64,000 bases of DNA, from assembly GCA_963739305.1 (NCBI GenBank), contig CAVTZU010000015.1:60365-124364 (forward strand), written 5' to 3'. The translations under genes were made by a program, and so were the position numbers. Position 1 is the stretch's first letter. Each line of letters begins with the position of its first letter. The notes below the pieces were generated by a model. The model ran no database searches, was not told the origin of the DNA, and saw only the letters and a list, made by a program, of their open reading frames with translations. Origin of the DNA: Candidatus Bathyarchaeota archaeon (GTDB taxonomy: Archaea; Thermoproteota; Bathyarchaeia; Bathyarchaeales; Bathycorpusculaceae). Below are positions 20,960-31,006 of the stretch, piece after piece.

Positions 20960-22471
20960 CTAAACAACCTCCTTGGTCCTCAACCACTGCAGATCCTTCG
21001 AAAACAAGTACCGAATATCATCCACCCCAGCCCGCATCATAAACAAACGATCAACACCCAAACCCCAAGCAATAACGGGCACCTTGATACCCAGCGGCAA
21101 CGTGACCTCAGGCCTGAAAATCCCCGAACCGCCAAACTCAATCCAGCCTACGCCCTTCATGTAAGCGCTAAGCTCAACGCTAGGCTCGGTAAACGGATAA
21201 TAATCCGGCTTCAACCTGACCTTCTCAGCACCCGCAAACTCCGTCGCAAACGTCATCAAAATCCCCAACAAATCTCGAAGGTTCAAACTCTCATCAACAA
21301 CGATGCCCTCAACCTGATTGAACTCGGTCAAATGCGTCTGGTCCAAAACATCCGGCCTGAAACACCGCGCAATCGAGAAATACCGACCTGGAACTTGCAA
21401 ATCCTTACTCACGAGGGTTCTCGCGCTAAGACAGGTGCCGTGCCCACGCAGGACCAAACGCTTAGCCTCATCAACCGAATACTTGTACCTCCAACCTGTC
21501 GAACCCGTGTTCCAACCGTTCTCATGCGTCTGCTTAACGTGCTCCAAAACCCGCTTGTCTACACCTAAACGGCCATGCTTCGGAGACTTAACGAAATAAA
21601 TGTCCATCGCCTCACGAGCCGGATGATCCTGCGGCGTGTAGAGCGCATCAAAATTGAAGAACGAAGTCTCAACATTCGTGCCCGTCATCTCCCTAAACCC
21701 GAGATTAATCAGCTTCTCCTTCACACCGTCAAGAAACCTTAGGTACGGATGCTTCTTCCCCGCCCAAGTCTTCGCAACCGGCGCCTCAATATTGTACTTC
21801 TGAAACTTGACACCCCGCCACTTTCCACTCACGATCAGATCCGGCGTCAACTGCGTCACCTCAACCGCAGCCTTCGCCTCCTTCTTCAACACCTCTTTAC
21901 CCAAAACGGTGATCTCGATTTCCCACCGAGCCTTCTCCTCAACTTCAAGCAGCTTTCTGCCTTTCAACAAACGAAAAGCATCCTGAAGCTCCCGACTCAA
22001 AGACCCAACCGTCACTTCCTTCCTCTCAGCAAGAAGCTTCACAAGCTTCTCATCATCTCCCGTACTAGGCTTCTCCTTCAACTGCAAAATGCCTGCTTTC
22101 GAATCTAGAACTGCCCACTTCTTCCTCTGAACCCAACCAAGCGCAATAGGCACCGTCTGCTTCCCAAGCCCAGCCTCACCGATCACCTTCTCAACGGAGC
22201 CTTTCCCGCCCAGCCGTTCCAATGCAGAAACCATCTGCCTCTCGGGCAAACCACACTTCGCATAAACCTGGCCCTCAGCGTTGAGCCTCAAAACCGTCGC
22301 TCTTTCCTCACGGATCGCCACAAGACCTTTTTCCTTCAGTGTCAAAGCCGAACGCATAACCGCGGCGTCTGAAAGCCCACTCTCATTCACCAAACGCTCA
22401 GCCGACGCCTTCCCGCCGAGACGCGACAACGTCGCCAGAGTCTTAAGCTCATACTGCCTCAGATCAACCAT
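20960..22471 (-). CDS. pheS: phenylalanine--tRNA ligase alpha subunit
   Basis: FNFDALYTPQDHPARE, HLTEFNQVEG, YPFTEPS, GSGIFRPE, AWGLGVDR. Confidence 0.97.
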   Translation of the reverse strand: MVDLRQYELKTLATLSRLGGKASAERLVNESGLSDAAVMRSALTLKEKGLVAIREERATVLRLNAEGQVYAKCGLPERQMVSALERLGGKGSVEKVIGEAGLGKQTVPIALGWVQRKKWAVLDSKAGILQLKEKPSTGDDEKLVKLLAERKEVTVGSLSRELQDAFRLLKGRKLLEVEEKARWEIEITVLGKEVLKKEAKAAVEVTQLTPDLIVSGKWRGVKFQKYNIEAPVAKTWAGKKHPYLRFLDGVKEKLINLGFREMTGTNVETSFFNFDALYTPQDHPAREAMDIYFVKSPKHGRLGVDKRVLEHVKQTHENGWNTGSTGWRYKYSVDEAKRLVLRGHGTCLSARTLVSKDLQVPGRYFSIARCFRPDVLDQTHLTEFNQVEGIVVDESLNLRDLLGILMTFATEFAGAEKVRLKPDYYPFTEPSVELSAYMKGVGWIEFGGSGIFRPEVTLPLGIKVPVIAWGLGVDRLFMMRAGVDDIRYLFSKDLQWLRTKEVV

Positions 22472-22539
22472 CGCTTTTCCCCTTCTAACACGATATGAAT
22501 AGGAATTGCTAAACTAGTTGTCCAAATCAAAATAAAAGC

Positions 22540-22620
22540 ATGCATGCCCTCAGCTGACTTTCGCTCAGAGGAAACCGGTGGCTTCAACGAAATTGGCAGG
22601 GCATCACGTGACCACGACAA
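22540..22620 (-). ncRNA. candidate small RNA, C/D-like
   Basis: TATA (GATATAAATA) upstream on the minus strand, GUGAUG..CUGA boxes, terminal stem, similarity to the Arch915R 16S-antisense sequence. Confidence 0.3.
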
Positions 22621-22701
22621 CCAAAAGACGACAAAACCGTATTTATATCTTATTCCTCAACGGTTTCTTTGAGCGCCGGCTCCAACCTGTCATTCCTGGC
22701 T

Positions 22702-22962
22702 TCATTGGGTGCTCGGTTGCTGTGTTTTCATAGTTCTGTCGGTGAGCAACTTGATTATTCCCAGCAAGACAAAGAAGAAGCCAACAACCTCGAGCGCATC
22801 TATGATAACCGAGTTCAAGAGGAGAGAACCGAAGACAGACCCATCTTTGAGCAATCCACAAAACCCGGAATACTCTATCAGAGAAAGAACAAGAGCATTA
22901 ACTGCGGAGGCGAACAGGATCGTGCATCCTGCTGCGAGAAAACCAAGCGCCATACGGTTCAC
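22702..22962 (-). CDS. small membrane protein
   Basis: Two hydrophobic helices. Confidence 0.5.
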   Translation of the reverse strand: MNRMALGFLAAGCTILFASAVNALVLSLIEYSGFCGLLKDGSVFGSLLLNSVIIDALEVVGFFFVLLGIIKLLTDRTMKTQQPSTQ

Positions 22963-23153
22963 AAGATTACACCCATTGATGGTACTAGAAGTTACTATTT
23001 ATGATTTGTTGTTTCGTCTTGCGCAGGTCTTGCCAGCCCGTGCGGGAAAGATAACACAACGACCCAGACTTCAGAACGAGAATACTCCGCGCCAACATGG
23101 GCGGAAGATTCGCTGACGACTAAACACATCTCTTCTGCTTTTCAACGAAACCT

Positions 23154-23813
23154 CTAGTCAGCAGATAAATCTGAGAAAGTAGCAGTTTTTGCTCCTTTGT
23201 TAAGCATCTCACGGACCGCTCTCTCGCTATCTCCAGATATCCGGTCTATTCCCTTCGTCGCATCAACCAACAACACAACCTCAAAACCCAGTCTCAATCC
23301 ATCCAACACCGTGTTCTTCACACAATAATCCGTCGCCAAACCCCCCACAAAAACCCGCCGCACACCCGCCTTCCTCAAGTCAGCATCCAACTCGGTCCCA
23401 TCAAACCCAGAGTAACTCTCCCTGTCCGGGTCAGTCGCCTTCGAAATCACCCTCACGTCTTCCGGAAGCCTCAAATCAGGATGAAACCTCGCGCCATCAC
23501 TGCCCTGGACACAGTGAGGAGGCCAAGGACCACCCCGCTCCTTGAACGAAACATGATTCGGCGGATGCCAATCCCTCGTCGCAAAAACCCTCGCTCGGGC
23601 ACTTTTGAAAAGATCGATATACAAATTCAAGACTGGAATTATTCTATCCCCACCTGGCACAGGAACCCGTCCTCTTGGACAAAAATCAACTTGAACGTCC
23701 ACAACGATGAGAGCGTCACTCTCATTTACCTTGAATTTAGTTTTGTGCTGCCCTTTCAGAAGAACAGTGTTAGCGGAAATCTCGACCAAACGACTCCTAC
23801 CTTCTATTTGCAC
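23154..23813 (-). CDS. pncA: nicotinamidase/pyrazinamidase
   Basis: ALIVVDVQVDF, TRDWHP, WPPHCVQ, YSGF, GLATDYCV. Confidence 0.93.
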   Translation of the reverse strand: MQIEGRSRLVEISANTVLLKGQHKTKFKVNESDALIVVDVQVDFCPRGRVPVPGGDRIIPVLNLYIDLFKSARARVFATRDWHPPNHVSFKERGGPWPPHCVQGSDGARFHPDLRLPEDVRVISKATDPDRESYSGFDGTELDADLRKAGVRRVFVGGLATDYCVKNTVLDGLRLGFEVVLLVDATKGIDRISGDSERAVREMLNKGAKTATFSDLSAD

Positions 23814-23882
23814 TCAATAGAACGCGTTGGAATTTCTCGACAAAACTTCATTATAAGTCTATTCATCTCAGAAGGCAGGAAT

Positions 23883-24158
23883 CTACTCCTTGACAACGTC
23901 TTCCTCGGACACTGGTTCAGGCGTTCGATGCGGAAACAGTATTCCCAGACACAACAGTGAAAAACCAGCTATCATTGAAGCTACTCCGAAAGCCACAAAA
24001 GAAAAAAACACAAAGTGGCTCACGTACCCAAATTGTCCAATGTAGTATACGTCTCGGTAATAGAAGGCCTGATCGAGATTGGAAATTATTATCAGAAATA
24101 CTATCATTCCAATGAAATTCAGCACAAGACCCAGACCCAAAGCAAATTGTCGGATCAT
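23883..24158 (-). CDS. small membrane protein
   Basis: Two TM helices. Confidence 0.6.
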   Translation of the reverse strand: MIRQFALGLGLVLNFIGMIVFLIIISNLDQAFYYRDVYYIGQFGYVSHFVFFSFVAFGVASMIAGFSLLCLGILFPHRTPEPVSEEDVVKE

Positions 24159-24275
24159 ATCTTCAGTTCTGAGACTGAATTTCTTTTAAGTCTTACTACG
24201 CCCAGGCTAAATAGAATTCAACGTTTTGCACATCAAAACGCAACTATTCGAAACGCGCGCGTCCAGGTTTTTCTT

Positions 24276-24643
24276 TCAGCCACTAGTTTTCTCAGGTTCT
24301 CCTTTCTTAGGCTTTTCAGCCTCTTCCTTCTTAACGACCAACACTTCTTCGCCAACGGTCTCTCGGGCCACTTTCAACTTGACTTCTCGTATCAACGTCA
24401 CTCCGCGACTCGAAACTATGGACCCCGCCCAAACCACAATTGCAAAAATAAAGAACACCGACAAGACGTTGACAAAGGAAGAAGAGAACACTCTCGTAGA
24501 ATCGGTGCCTGAAGCCGGAACCAACTGGGGCAAGCCCATCCCTCCGAGCAAAATTGAATAAGCCAGCAACATCGGGAAAACGACGAAAACCAAACCGACC
24601 GCGAGCAGAACATAACCCTTGCCAGTTTCACCTCACCCTGCAT
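24276..24643 (-). CDS. membrane protein, possible frameshift near 24625
   Basis: Two TM helices and a charged tail; N-terminus MQGEVK is out of frame with GKGYVLLAVG. Confidence 0.5.
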
Positions 24644-24779
24644 CGATTCATTCTCCAAAAAGCGCGCGTCAAGATGGTAACACGCGCGACCAAAAGCTAT
24701 TTGACCAAAAGAAATAGTCTATCGTAGGGAAGTGTGGGCCGTGAAGACGGTGACCGTAAAGGGAACATCGACAAATGCC

Positions 24780-25049
24780 ATGCCGTGTGAACATGGACGA
24801 AGGGGACGCCAAGACATTATCATGGGCATCCTGAAGATTGCAGAGTATGGAAGCACGAAAGGCAGGATGATTAACAAATTAAATATGAGTTCGGCCCAAT
24901 GCAACAGATATCTCGTGGAGCTTAAGGAAGCAGGTTATGTTACTGAAGTCGGTCGCCTCTGGGAAACAACCAACAAAGGACAGCAAGTTATTGATGCCTG
25001 CAAAATCTGTCACAATCTCATGAGTCTGACAGCACCGCCCACCCGCTAG
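24780..25049 (+). CDS. archaeal winged-helix transcriptional regulator
   Basis: RRGRQDIIMGIL, TKGRMINKLNMS, YLVEL, TTNKG. Confidence 0.8.
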   Translation: MPCEHGRRGRQDIIMGILKIAEYGSTKGRMINKLNMSSAQCNRYLVELKEAGYVTEVGRLWETTNKGQQVIDACKICHNLMSLTAPPTR

Positions 25050-25506
25050 ACGCGCATCGGCGTACAAGTTTCATACAAGTACGGAAATAAGAAGACTTGC
25101 GCGCCTTGTTGTTTTGGGGCAGAATTGAGGAAGGAGAGTGTGCCACGTTCTCATCATAACTCAACATGTACGCGTGCGCGTACAAGGCAAATTAAAGGAG
25201 ATGAGGAATGAGGAGAAGACTAGTTGCGTGGCACACCTCTATTCTATCAATTGATAACTGAATCATATAAATGTGCCATGCAACAAGAGGTTTTCAGGCG
25301 TATCACTTACCATTGATGTTGTCTTCCAAGTTTTCAAAGCATGCATGCGAACTTGCCACTCTGATAACGGCAAACAAAGGGCTTTTGATTCATTCAGCGC
25401 GCGCTAGTGGATGCAAGTCAATCTTGCTGTTTAATTTTTTTCAGCATTGCATTTGCATTTTGGTTATCTGGGTTCAGCTCGCGAAAGTTGACAATGAATG
25501 GAACTT

Positions 25507-26093
25507 TCATTCCAGTGATGCTCTTTCCTTCTTCAGTTTCTCTTGTATCTCAAGGAGCTTCTTCAACGCTTTGTCCATCGTCTCAGCATTCAGCTCTCGG
25601 CCTCTAACCTCTTCTCCAATTTTCTCTAGCCTTTCCGCTATATGTGGCCTCTCAAGCTCAGGAGCAACCTCTTCCTCTTCATCCAACTCATTAGTCAACC
25701 CTGATTTTTCACCGTCCTTCCCATCAACATGCCTCATCATCAATGCCTCTCGAATCTCCATGCGCAGCTTCGAGTCAACAACCTCCTTCAAAGCCAAGAG
25801 CAACACCGTCTCCAAATGAACCTGCTCCGCCATCCATATGCACGAAGTAACGACCTTGCCTAAACCAACCCAGCAAGACTCGACAATAATCCTCAAAGCA
25901 CTCAATGCTCTATTGTCCTCGAAGCAACCATATCCCGCAGCATCGCCAAAACAACCAACGCAGAACCACAAGACAAAACCACCCGAAGAAACCGCTCGAC
26001 CGGCTCACAAGGACGCAGCTCCTCACGCCCACAAACACGCTTATACGCGCCCCAAACCTCAGCATCAACCCAAAAACCCGTCTGCTTCTTCAA
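25507..26093 (-). CDS. hypothetical protein with N-terminal ribbon-helix-helix-like segment, frameshifted
   Basis: KKQTGFWVDAEVW N-terminus; continues across frames to a charged C-terminus. Confidence 0.45.
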
Positions 26094-26174
26094 AAAACCT
26101 TACCAAACAATATTACAACCAACGTTACAAAAAAACCAACCGGACCCTCCAACAACAACCATCAAAAGCACAGC

Positions 26175-26624
26175 CTAAAGCGTCTTCCTAAAAAACGTCC
26201 TCAAAGTCTCATAAACCGACGTAACCGCAGCGATCATGATCACCACCAACGAAAACACGTACTCCCTCGACAAAACCGGCGGCCTCAAAAAAACCGTCAA
26301 AAACACCAAAGAAGACCCAAAAAACACCGCGTAAAAAAAGTTCCTCGGAACCAAAAAACTCCTCAGACGAACCAGATTCTCAAGAACCACACGATCAGCA
26401 ACATAACCATCCAGCTCCTTCCTCACCAACCCCGCCTCCTCAAGCTTACTAATATGATACAAAGCCAAAGTCGGACTGCTCAACCCCAAGCCCCTCTGAA
26501 CCTCACGAATCCCAACAGGACCATCATGCTTCAAAACAAACTTGTAAACCCTCAACGTCAAACCCCTCAAAACATCCCTCGACTCATCACTCATCTCACC
26601 CAAGAGCCTCAGCCTCCACAACAA
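26175..26624 (-). CDS. HTH protein with two C-terminal TM helices
   Basis: GIREVQRGLGLSSPTLALYHISKL followed by hydrophobic helices. Confidence 0.8.
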   Translation of the reverse strand: MLWRLRLLGEMSDESRDVLRGLTLRVYKFVLKHDGPVGIREVQRGLGLSSPTLALYHISKLEEAGLVRKELDGYVADRVVLENLVRLRSFLVPRNFFYAVFFGSSLVFLTVFLRPPVLSREYVFSLVVIMIAAVTSVYETLRTFFRKTL

Positions 26625-26728
26625 AAAGAAATACCCCCTGAACCGTTTAAAAAATCATCGTACAAACAATTAGAACAACCGTACAAAAACATAGAATTAA
26701 CTCCCACACCAGACACACACTACTAACG

Positions 26729-27841
26729 GTGGCAATGAAAACCAGCAAAGAACTCATCATGGCTTCAATCCTAGCAATCGGCCTATCCGCTGGACTTGTG
26801 GCACTAAGCAACGGCCTCTTCTCTGAACCGATGCCCGCCGCCAAACTCACCCTTCTAGACGCCTTCTCCTCAAAAGGCGGCGTAGGCATCAACAACACAG
26901 GTGGAGGCTTCGAACCCCTCGACAACGTCTCCATCTACGCTTATCTAACTCAAGGAGGAAGCGGCCTGCAAAACCACACAGTCACTTTCTACGTACAAAC
27001 CCCAGCCAACACCCAAACCACCATAACAGCCATGACCAACGAGTTCGGCCTAGCCGAAGCAAACATACCCCTCCTCCCCACCGAAGGCCACGTCATCGGA
27101 ACATGGCACATCCAAACAGACACCACCGTCGACAACCAAAACCTCACCGACACCCTCAACTTCCAATGCCAAGCCCAAAAACCCAAGATGGACTTCTTCT
27201 TCGAAAGAAACGGGGTCTCCAGCATCTCCTTTCTCCCCCACGACCTCCTTTCTCTTGAGGCGCAACTCTCATACAGAGACACCTCAATCGCTGGAACCCC
27301 GGTCACTTTTGACGTCAAAAGTCCAAACGGCACAGAATTCCTCCAACAAACAGAGACCACCAACGAAAACGGAACAGCAAACATCACCCTTCAACTGCCG
27401 TGGCCTTCAAACCAAACCCTAGGAATCTGGCAAGCATCCGCAACAGCAGAAGTATTCGAACAACCCCTAAACGCCACCGCACACTGCGAATGCTACCTTG
27501 CCCCAACGACACTAGACGTATTCACCCAAAAAGCCGGCGAAGGACCAAACACCCAAGGCGGAAACTTCGCCCTCAACGAATCCGTAACCCTCTACTCAGA
27601 AGTCCGCGACGACTACAACCAAACCGTACCGGGTCTAGTCATAGGCTTCGAAATCAGAGGCCCAAACGGAACAGATATTGCCTACCTCGTACAGACAACC
27701 AACTCCTCAGGAACCGCCGACGCAACATTCCGAATCCCCCCAGACGCCTCATACATCGGAACATTCGAAATCTACGCAAGAACACGATACAACGACAACG
27801 TACTACTCGACACCCTCACCTTCACAACCACCCAAAACTAA
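26729..27841 (+). CDS. secreted protein with three Ig-like repeats
   Basis: Signal peptide; repeated VTF.V..PNG / TN..G.A / GTW motifs. Confidence 0.75.
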   Translation: MAMKTSKELIMASILAIGLSAGLVALSNGLFSEPMPAAKLTLLDAFSSKGGVGINNTGGGFEPLDNVSIYAYLTQGGSGLQNHTVTFYVQTPANTQTTITAMTNEFGLAEANIPLLPTEGHVIGTWHIQTDTTVDNQNLTDTLNFQCQAQKPKMDFFFERNGVSSISFLPHDLLSLEAQLSYRDTSIAGTPVTFDVKSPNGTEFLQQTETTNENGTANITLQLPWPSNQTLGIWQASATAEVFEQPLNATAHCECYLAPTTLDVFTQKAGEGPNTQGGNFALNESVTLYSEVRDDYNQTVPGLVIGFEIRGPNGTDIAYLVQTTNSSGTADATFRIPPDASYIGTFEIYARTRYNDNVLLDTLTFTTTQN

Positions 27842-27909
27842 CCAACCCAACAGAACAGATCGCTTCTCCAACCTTCTCGAACACCTCTAATTCAAGCCCG
27901 CAATAGACA

Positions 27910-28350
27910 TCATGAAAAGAGCGCTATAGACAAGTAAAGCAAGTACCCAAGAATCAAAGAAAAAACCCACAGCAACCAGAGAGGCCGCATCAGACGCGTC
28001 CTCCTGTAGCACGTCAAGTTGGGTGCACGAAACCGCCATTCCAGAACCAAAAATAATCCCAGAACAAGAACCGTCACCCCGATCGGCACATGAACCCACG
28101 TGATGATAACGGCAGGACTCAAAAGATCCGTAAGAAGAATGTTCAACAAAACTGCAAAAGACGGAACCATAATCACGGGCACCGAGATGCAATGGAGGAC
28201 GACTGCAACGGTGACAGCGAACCCATGTGCTCTGATTCTTCCCTTCCGAGCGAAAACAAAGCGGCCGACAAGCAGAGCAACAGTGACCGCGATTTCTAGG
28301 AAAAGACCGATGTCCGAAGTCCACGGAGCCTTTCCTAAGACACCCACCAT
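27910..28350 (-). CDS. DUF420-like membrane protein
   Basis: ARKGRIRAH, VHVPIG, four TM helices. Confidence 0.65.
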   Translation of the reverse strand: MVGVLGKAPWTSDIGLFLEIAVTVALLVGRFVFARKGRIRAHGFAVTVAVVLHCISVPVIMVPSFAVLLNILLTDLLSPAVIITWVHVPIGVTVLVLGLFLVLEWRFRAPNLTCYRRTRLMRPLWLLWVFSLILGYLLYLSIALFS

Positions 28351-28682
28351 GAAACCGAGTTAGTACATAACACACATTAATATCTTTGTCAGCGCGCCCA
28401 GCACTGACGGGTTCTTCCTCCATGATCGGAACATAAAGCCTAGGAAAAAGTGGATGCTGAACACTAACTAAACTGCCCGAAACCATAATTTGCTTTCCAC
28501 GACCTCACCCTTCCATTTCTGCATTCAACACAAGAAGACGCTTTAGAAGAAGGATCCAGTATCTTTGGCGAAACTCCTCACTTTTGCCATACTATTTTAC
28601 GTTACTGAAGACACGAGACATCAAAAACTTAAGAACCTCCAGATCAAAATGAAAGTGTCCTCAGACAAAAAGGTAGCAGCCT

Positions 28683-29531
28683 GTGTACTCGAAACCGCAG
28701 ACCACTCAGAAAACCAACAATCCGCACAACGTGCCAATCTCGAGCTCAACGAGTATCCGAGTCTACTCGGACACACGACCCCATAACTGGAAAATCTCTG
28801 ATCTACAGAAGGGTCTGATACTCGTTCAAGGCGAAACGGAGACCGTGGGGGAAGGAACCGGTTTTGGAGTTCCCGTGCTATTGTACTCAGATGAAACATG
28901 CTTTTCGGGGACCTCAACAGTTCAGGTCGCCCCGCGAAATGACTGTACGATCATCAGAAAGGAGTTCTTCATGGACAGGATCACAAGGAACAGATTTAGA
29001 AACGTCACCCTTGAAAACCGAAAAGCCCGCGATCTGATCGCCCTCTTGGCCCGACTGTATCAACTCTATCCGAAATTGAGGTCTCTAAAGTTTAAAGGCC
29101 TCGCCAGAAACATCGACATTGACACGGTCTTTGTCAAGAAAAAACCAAGGGGCAAAGTAATCGTGACTTACGTCACAAGTGAGCGGCAAGTCTCAATCAA
29201 CGCCAATTTCAAACACTTGAAAACCGACGATCTTGAGCGCCTGTTCATGCTGAACGAGCAAGGATCAAGATTCTACCGAAGATATTCTGACTCTTCAGGA
29301 ACAGAATTGACGGACACAAAGATAGGAGCCTGGAACGGAATAGACGCAGATTGGGCCGCTCTGACCACCCTGCATGGCGAGCGTGGCTTTCGGCTATGGA
29401 CAAAAGAAAAAAGCATTCTCCGAAGAGGCAGGGAATTCCTAAATGATTCCCTCGACTGGGTCGGCCTAGACTACGAGATACACCCGGGCACCAACGTCTT
29501 CAAATACCGAATCGAAATTCTAGGCAAGTGA
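28683..29531 (+). CDS. hypothetical protein
   Basis: 282-aa ORF overlapping the start of the radical SAM gene. Confidence 0.7.
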   Translation: MYSKPQTTQKTNNPHNVPISSSTSIRVYSDTRPHNWKISDLQKGLILVQGETETVGEGTGFGVPVLLYSDETCFSGTSTVQVAPRNDCTIIRKEFFMDRITRNRFRNVTLENRKARDLIALLARLYQLYPKLRSLKFKGLARNIDIDTVFVKKKPRGKVIVTYVTSERQVSINANFKHLKTDDLERLFMLNEQGSRFYRRYSDSSGTELTDTKIGAWNGIDADWAALTTLHGERGFRLWTKEKSILRRGREFLNDSLDWVGLDYEIHPGTNVFKYRIEILGK

Positions 29532-30895
29532 AGAAAATGACTGAAGTCACCTTGGTCTACCCGTATTTTCATCCCTCAAACGACGATTCGATTTTCCGTT
29601 TTCCACCCCTAGGTCTGGGATACATAGCTAGCTACTTGAAAAAACACGGCATCTCAGTCGAACTCGTTGACTGCACTTTCATGGGAATGAACAGCGCCCT
29701 AGAAAAAATCAGACAGTCACATCCCAAAATCATCGGCATTCAGGTAATGTTTTCGATGAAAGAGAAAGCTCTCCAAATGGCTCAGACCCTGAGAAAAAAC
29801 TGCGACCTTCTCGTCGCGGGTGGACCACTTCCAACCTCAAACCCCGAAGATTTCCTTCAATTCTTTGACGTAGTCGGAATTGGAGAGGGCGAGGAGACGA
29901 TGCTTGAACTTACCAAAGCATTCGCTAATGGAAAAACAATGAAGAATGTGAAGGGAATTGCCTACAAGGAAAACGGCGTAACCGTCTTCACTCCACCGCG
30001 AGATTTTATAGAGAACCTCGACGAGATCCCATTTCCCGCAAGAGAAATTTTCGACAATCAAACCTACAAGACCTATTATTCAAAGAACTTCGGTTACACA
30101 ACCACGTCCGTGATGACTTCAAGAGGCTGCCCATTCGAGTGCGACTTCTGCAGCCGCCCAGTTTTCGGGAACGGCTTCAGATCGAGAACAGCTAAAAACA
30201 TCGTTGAAGAAGTCCAAGCAGTCCACGACCTCGGCTATGAACGTGTGTGGTTCGCCGATGACTGTTTCACCCTGGGCCGAACACGCTTTCTAAACATCTG
30301 CAACGAACTCATTCGCCGACGTCTCGACGTCGGCTGGGAGTGCCTCTCAAGAGTCGACACAATAGATGAAGAAGTAGCCGAAAAAATGAAGAAAGCAGGA
30401 TGTGTCCGCGTATTCTTTGGCATAGAATCAGGAAACGACTCAGTCTTGAAGATTATGAAAAAACAAATCACCATCAAGCAAGCTAAAGAAGCAGTCCAAA
30501 CCTGCAAAAAAGCCGGAATCCAAGTCGGAGCCTTCTTCATCCTCGGCTACCCAGGCGAAACCGACAGGACCATACTCGACACAGTCAACTTCGCGTCATT
30601 ACTACCGCTCGATTATCTGTCCTTCACCTTCCCGTACCCAATACCGGGCACTCCACTGTTTGAAAGAGTGAAGAGCAGCATGATTACAGGGGAATGGACA
30701 GAGCCTGACAACCTGCACGTCATAAAACACAAACTGCTCTTTCAATCGCCCTTCTCGGAGTCTAAACTCAAATTCGCCCTTTTCAAAGGAATGACCCAGC
30801 ACTACATCAGAAAGTACCTCGGGAACACGTTCTACAATCTAATTGGCAACCCATTCGCAAAAACTTCAGAAGCACTGTATCGAGTCCTGAACTGA
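29528..30895 (+). CDS. B12-binding radical SAM protein
   Basis: PPLGLGYIAS, GEGEET, TSRGCPFECDFC, GIESG. Confidence 0.93.
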   Translation: MKKMTEVTLVYPYFHPSNDDSIFRFPPLGLGYIASYLKKHGISVELVDCTFMGMNSALEKIRQSHPKIIGIQVMFSMKEKALQMAQTLRKNCDLLVAGGPLPTSNPEDFLQFFDVVGIGEGEETMLELTKAFANGKTMKNVKGIAYKENGVTVFTPPRDFIENLDEIPFPAREIFDNQTYKTYYSKNFGYTTTSVMTSRGCPFECDFCSRPVFGNGFRSRTAKNIVEEVQAVHDLGYERVWFADDCFTLGRTRFLNICNELIRRRLDVGWECLSRVDTIDEEVAEKMKKAGCVRVFFGIESGNDSVLKIMKKQITIKQAKEAVQTCKKAGIQVGAFFILGYPGETDRTILDTVNFASLLPLDYLSFTFPYPIPGTPLFERVKSSMITGEWTEPDNLHVIKHKLLFQSPFSESKLKFALFKGMTQHYIRKYLGNTFYNLIGNPFAKTSEALYRVLN

Positions 30896-31006
30896 CTTTC
30901 GCGAAAACCTGAAGCCCAGCGGCATGGGTTCCAGATAATTTTGAAGCAACTCTTAAGTTTCACCGTCGCATAAAAGCATAGCAAAACGAATCTGGCTGGG
31001 CAACAT

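Noticed and set aside
25838-27906. Long Gln/Pro/Arg-rich alternative-frame ORFs (e.g. 25905-26726, 27400-27906)
   Set aside because: Shadow ORFs caused by C/A skew over real genes
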